From positions 186,001-250,000 of the forward strand of contig JAPMXV010000046.1 of assembly GCA_026936335.1 (NCBI GenBank): 64,000 bases of DNA, written 5' to 3'. This document shows, one piece after another, positions 59,105-64,000 of the stretch. Numbering within the stretch: position 1 is the stretch's first letter; every line of letters begins with the position of its first letter. The DNA comes from Mantamonas sphyraenae STR306 (taxonomy: Eukaryota; Protista; CRuMs). Made by a program: the position numbers and the translations under genes. The notes under the pieces are model-generated. The model was not told the DNA's origin, made no database searches, and saw only the letters and a list, made by a program, of their open reading frames with translations.

Positions 59105-62100
59105 ATGTCCAATTCCATCAACGTGAAGAGCTTTGTGGAAAAGGTAGGATCAACGGCCTGGCTACGACGCCGTTCCCTCAGTGCGCACACTCACACTCAC
59201 AACACACACACACACACGCACACACACACAGCTGAACAGCACCGACTTTGACCTGCGCTACATGGGTCTGAACGACCTTGCAGAGGAGCTGGTCAAGCCG
59301 TCTTTTTCGCTGGACCACTCGAGCGAGGCCAAGCTCGTCGACAAGGTGCTTGAGCTCCTCAACGATGTGTCTGGCGAGGTCAAGGGTGTGGCTGTGGACT
59401 GGTGAGTTGCATGTGCATGCGTGTGGACAACCCTGCAGATTGTGTTTTGGTTGGACGATCAGCGGGCGACTTTTCCCCTCTCCCACTAGCTGTCAAAAAG
59501 GACTCGTGCATCGCACGCAGGGCCCTGGCTTCCTGTGCACGACGTCTGTGTGCCTTGTTCTGGCCCTGGGGTTCCCATATCTTTGTCCTGCAGCATGTTT
59601 GTGTGCAGGCGTCTTCTGGTGTCGCGCGATGAGGGGGTTCCTGGTATTCTGTGCTGACTCTGCTTTTTCAGCCTGGGTGTATTCATCCAGCACGTCTCTG
59701 ATGCCACCCTGGCCAACATCATCACCACTCTCATTGACGGCCTCGTCGACGGCAAGGATGACCAGCGCGAGATGAGCGCCACAGCCCTCAAGAAGGTCGT
59801 GTACGATCTGCCGTCCGACCAGGCTGCTCTCCTCACAGCACGCAAGGTCGTCGATCTCCTCGCACCCAGCATCATCAAAGCTGTCGATGTACGTTTTTGT
59901 CCCAGCCCCCTCCCCAGTTTCGCATACGCCTTGCTTGCAGCATAATACTGCATGCCCAGTGTGCTTCCGGTGGACGGGAGTTTTGCTTGCCTTTCACTTT
60001 TCCCTCTTGACGGAATTCTGACTCCCACCACTCTGCCACCGTCGCGTGCCCCTCACCTGCACACGCTGACTGTTCCCACCCCGTTGTCCTTTGCTTGTGC
60101 ATGGTGTCTGTCGCCTCGCCCTGTGTCATGCTGCGTGTCCTCTCGTGCACACACAGAGCGAGAACGTCCAGGTCAAACTCGAGGCGCTTGATCTGCTTCA
60201 CGACCTGCTTCGCACATACTCGCAGTTCCTCGTCGATCTGCAGGACAGCATTGTGGACGTGCTCTTGCCTCAGCTTCATGTGACTCGCCAGGCAGTGCGC
60301 AAGCGAGCCATTGTGTGCCTGGGTCCCACTTGCAGTCTGTGTCGCGAGGACCTCTTCAACGTCCTCTGCACAGACATCATCGAGCAGATCAACAAGTCCA
60401 GCAAGCAGGAGATGCAGGCCACGTTTGTGCAGTCCATGGGCACCATTGCACGCTTCTCGGGCTACCGCGCAGGCCGCTTCTTCAAGAGCTGCGTGCCGAC
60501 CATCCTCGACCATGTGCTCAACACAGACGCCGACGAGGACGAGGACGACGAGCTGCGCGAGGTCGAGCTCATGACCCTCGAGTCGTTTGTGCGCAAGGCT
60601 CCCAAGGACATCACTCCGTTCATCCCGCGCATCGTAGACGCCTGCGTCGAGTACATCGCGTACGACCCCAACTACGTCGACGACGACGACGACGACAGCG
60701 CAGATGAGTACAGCGACGACGAGTACAGCGACGACGAGTATGACGACGACGTGTACAGCGACGACGCCGATGTGAGCTGGAAGGTGCGCCTGGCATGCAG
60801 CAAGACCTTGTGTGCCATCATCAGCAGCAGGCCCGAGCTCCTGTCCACCATGTACCACGACGTGTGCCCGCTGCTCATTCAGCGCTTCAAGGAGCGTGAG
60901 GAGAACGTCAAGCTGGACATCTTCCACACCTTTGCCGAGCTGCTGCACGCCACAAACACAGCCGTCAAGTACAGCTCCACGGGCTCCGACTACCTCGACA
61001 TGCTGCGCAGCCGCATGGACCGCGTGGCCAAGGTCCTGCCCAAGCTCCTCAACAACAAGAGCTTCAAGACGCGTCAGGGCACATTCAACATGCTGCGCGA
61101 GCTGACCCAGGTCCTTCCGGGCGCCCTCGAAGACTGTGTCGGTACCCTGGCCAAGGGCATCACCACCTCGCTCGAGGAGACCGCAAACGGCTGCACACCC
61201 CTCAAGATCGACACCTTGCTCTTTACGCAGGCGCTCATCACGCACAACAACGCCACCAGCATCCAGCCGCACCTTGGCACCCTGTGCCCGCCCGTGTACG
61301 CCTGCGTCGGCGAGTCCTTCTTCAAGATCATTGCCGAGGCGCTTCGTGTGTGCCAATTGCTCATCGACGTGATGAGTCCGGTCAAGGACACGTCCGGCGA
61401 GGTGGAGATGGGCGACGGCTTTGACTATGCCCCGTTTGCCCAGGACCTCTTTGACGCCGTCTATCCGCGCCTGGAGGACCAGCAGCTCGACCAGGAGGTC
61501 AAAGAGTGTGCCATCACTGCTGTTGGACTCATTGTGGCTCGCCTGAGCTCGGGTCTGAGCTCCGGTGTGGACAAGGCTCTGACGCTGCTCGCCGATCGTC
61601 TCAACAACGAAATCACGCGCCTGAGCGCCGTCAAGGCCTTTGCCACCATTGCTACCTCGCCAAGCCTCGTCGATGTGTCGGCCGTGCTCACCGACGTCGT
61701 GTCGCAGCTTGCCCTCTTCCTGCGCAAGAGCGACCGCCCGCTGAAGATCAACACGTTGGCTGCGCTTGACGCCATTGTGCAGCGCTACTCCGCGGATGTG
61801 GGCTCTCTCGTGGGCCAGATCCTGGACGAACTGTCGCCCCTGGTGTCGGACGAGGACCTGCACCTGTCGCACCTTGCGGTGAAGTTGGCTGTGTCGATCC
61901 TGCGCGCCGATCCGTCGTCCGTGGGCGCCATCAACGAGACGATTGTGCCCAATGTGCTCAGCCTGCTGCGCTCGCCGCTGCTGCAGGGCGCAGCACTGCG
62001 TTCGGTGCTGTCGCTGTTTGAGGAGCTGTTGCGCACGGGCGACAGCAGTGTGAGCTTCGATGCGCTACTGGCTATGGTGTTGGACCTGTCCAAGCAGGCG

Positions 62101-63456
62101 CGCAACGGCAAGACGAGCGTGGCTGCGGCATCGTCGTCCGCCAACACTTCGGGTTACTCGCGCCAGAGCTTGTCTTCGATCGCCAAGTGCATCGCCGTGC
62201 TGTGCAAGAACGCCAGCCAGTCGCAGGTGCAAGGCACCATGTCCTCGTTTGTGGCCGACCTCAGCGCAGACGACGAAGCCACGCAACTCATGGCCATGCT
62301 GTCCATCGGCGAGACGGGTCTGCTGGTCGACCTTTCCGATGTCGACGGCGTGTTTGCCACCGTGTTGGCTGCCTTTGACTCGCAGTCGGAGGAGGTCAAG
62401 ACGGCTGCGTCGTTCGCTCTGGGTGGCCTCACGGTGGGTTCCCTCAAGGGTTTCCTGCCCCTGCTGCTGGAAGAGATCCAAGCCTCGCCCAAGCGCCAGT
62501 ACCTGCTGCTGCACTCGCTGAAGGAGATCATTTCGCGTCAGGCCGCCGATCTGTCTGCCATCGAGAACTACTTTGACTCGCTGCTGGACATGCTGTATGC
62601 TCACTGCGAGTCCAAGGAAGAGGGCACGCGCAATGTGGTGGCCGAGTGCCTTGGCCGCGTGGCGCTGCTCAACCCCTCCAAGATGGTCGATTCGCTGGAA
62701 GGCAGGCTGGCCGACTCGAGCGCCAACACGCGCGCAACCGTGGTCACCTCCATCCGCTTCCTGGTGACCGAGGACGGCGCCGACGACGAGGTGATCATGC
62801 CGCTGCTGACGGCGTCGATGAAGCTGATTGGCGACAGCGACCTCAACGTGCGCCGCGCCACGCTGATGACGCTCAACTTTGTGATCCACAACAAGGTGAC
62901 GCTGATCCACGACGAGCTGCCGGGTGTGCTGCCGCAGGTGTATGCCGAAACCGAAGTGAAGGAAGAGCTGAAGCGCAAGGTGGTAGTGGGTCCGTTTACA
63001 CGCACGGTGGACGACGGTCTGGACTTGCGCAAGGCCGCTTTCTCTGTGATGAACACGCTGCTGGCACGCAGTGTGGATGTCCTGGACATGCCCGAATTCC
63101 TGCAGCATGTGACCGACGGCCTGGGTGACGAGTACGACATCAAGACACTGTCGCATTCGATGGTGCAGAAGCTGTGCTCGGCCGCACCCGTGGCGGTGTT
63201 GGAGTCGCTCTCGGCCATGGTCCCGCCTCTCAAGGAGACTGTGAACCAGAAGATGAAGAAGAACGCCATCCAGCAGGAGATTGAGAAGAACGAGGAGACC
63301 ATCAAGAGCGCTCTGCGATGCACCGCTGCGCTGCGTTCTCTCGAGGACGCAGACTCCAACGAGGAGTTTGTGGCCTTTGTCAACGAGATCGAGGCCGACG
63401 AGAAGCTGAGTGCCACCCTGGCTGAGGTCAGCGCAAGCAACCAAGCCGACATGTGA
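59105..63456 (+). CDS. CAND1: Cullin-associated NEDD8-dissociated protein 1
   Basis: DFDLRYMGLNDL, LLNDVSGEV, YDPNY, YSDDADVSWKVR, RFKEREENVK, DQEVKECAI, NEITRLSAVK, EEGTRNVVAECLG, VGPF..TVDDGLDLRKAAF. Exons ~59105-59143, 59232-59401, 59672-59888, 60157-63456. Confidence 0.96.
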
Positions 63457-63522
63457 GCGGGAGGAAATGGAAATGGAAAACGAGGATTTTGTTTGAGTGC
63501 AACGTGGATGTTCTGTTCCGTC

Positions 63523-64000
63523 TCAGCAAAAGCCGATGGCGTTGCCAACGGCGTTGAGGACGTGGCCAACGGGCGATGTGCCGTGGAGGACAATGGCCGC
63601 GCTGATGAGCTTGATCATCTGGTTTTCCAGATTGGCACGCTGATAGGCGTTGTTAAACTTGCAACTGGGAAGCACATCCAGGACGCTGGTGCTACCTGCG
63701 GTGCAAACGGGTTGGTTGCCGAGCATTCCGCCTGCAATGGCCAACAGGATGACACTCAGGAGCGTGGAGCAGCACATGCATCCGTAGCTGAACATGGTTG
63801 GCTCTTTGCCTCCCAGCGAGCAATGGGCGGCTGTCTGGACGCAGAATATGATCGAAGCAAACACAATGTGTGCGTACATGACGCCCTCGAGCAGATTGAC
63901 AACGGAGCCGTAGTGATCGGCGCACTTGCCAAACTGAGCTTGGATTTCGGGCCGCGCTTCGTTGGTCAGAGATGCCTTTGTGCCCTTGCAAGTGCCATCG
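63523..64000 (-). CDS. Multi-pass membrane protein with Cys-containing loops (5' part off the window)
   Basis: Reading frame open from the window edge to the stop at 63523, with three hydrophobic stretches. Confidence 0.55.
   Translation of the reverse strand, partial: DGTCKGTKASLTNEARPEIQAQFGKCADHYGSVVNLLEGVMYAHIVFASIIFCVQTAAHCSLGGKEPTMFSYGCMCCSTLLSVILLAIAGGMLGNQPVCTAGSTSVLDVLPSCKFNNAYQRANLENQMIKLISAAIVLHGTSPVGHVLNAVGNAIGFC

Noticed and set aside
60660-60790. Acidic DEYSDD repeats in CAND1
   Set aside because: A slightly expanded version of the conserved acidic loop before SWKVR in CAND1 proteins.
1-64000. Functional gene cluster (actin/adhesion, flagellar or ubiquitin-ligase genes)
   Set aside because: Thematically related genes are interspersed with unrelated housekeeping genes. 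Nothing in the sequence shows co-regulation, and chance co-occurrence is plausible in a gene-dense genome.
1-64000. Non-canonical introns or altered genetic code
   Set aside because: The introns I could reconstruct are GT-AG with CTRAC/CTCAC-like branch sites. TAA, TAG and TGA all end conserved genes at the expected positions.

Overview
Very compact, GC-rich eukaryotic (protist-type) genomic DNA with short GT-AG introns and intergenic gaps of mostly 30-200 bp. About 22 protein-coding genes. Recognisable ones: eIF2B-delta, DnaJC7, ARMC2, GatA/QRSL1, TAF11, CFAP47, CYFIP/Sra1, CAND1, a TMEM254-like gene and two copies of a divergent eIF5A. Also a Kelch/coiled-coil protein, an LRR-PH-PH-RGS-like-LRR giant, a six-hairpin glycosidase, a TPRA1-like 7TM-kinase fusion and a large CUB/Cys-repeat surface protein with an integrin-beta/Sib-like tail. 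CFAP47 plus ARMC2 imply a flagellum, and CYFIP implies a WAVE/Arp2/3 actin system. The main structural feature is a pair of ~1.87-kb near-identical inverted repeats (28740-30613 and 36442-38293) flanking a 5.8-kb three-gene segment. Gene ends captured in the arms point to a staggered-break inversion that could still flip. Other highlights: an acidic F-x-APPP motif repeated both in a non-canonical CYFIP tail and in the LRR-PH-RGS protein; LD-like helical motifs; a C-terminal PRANC/F-box-like motif and a possible microprotein copy of it; and a sawtooth G/C skew that ignores gene orientation. Nine frameshifts, all in homopolymer or dinucleotide runs, are probably long-read consensus errors. No rRNA, tRNA, CRISPR array or transposase was recognised. 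All family calls come from motif recognition by eye, not database searches, and exon boundaries are approximate.
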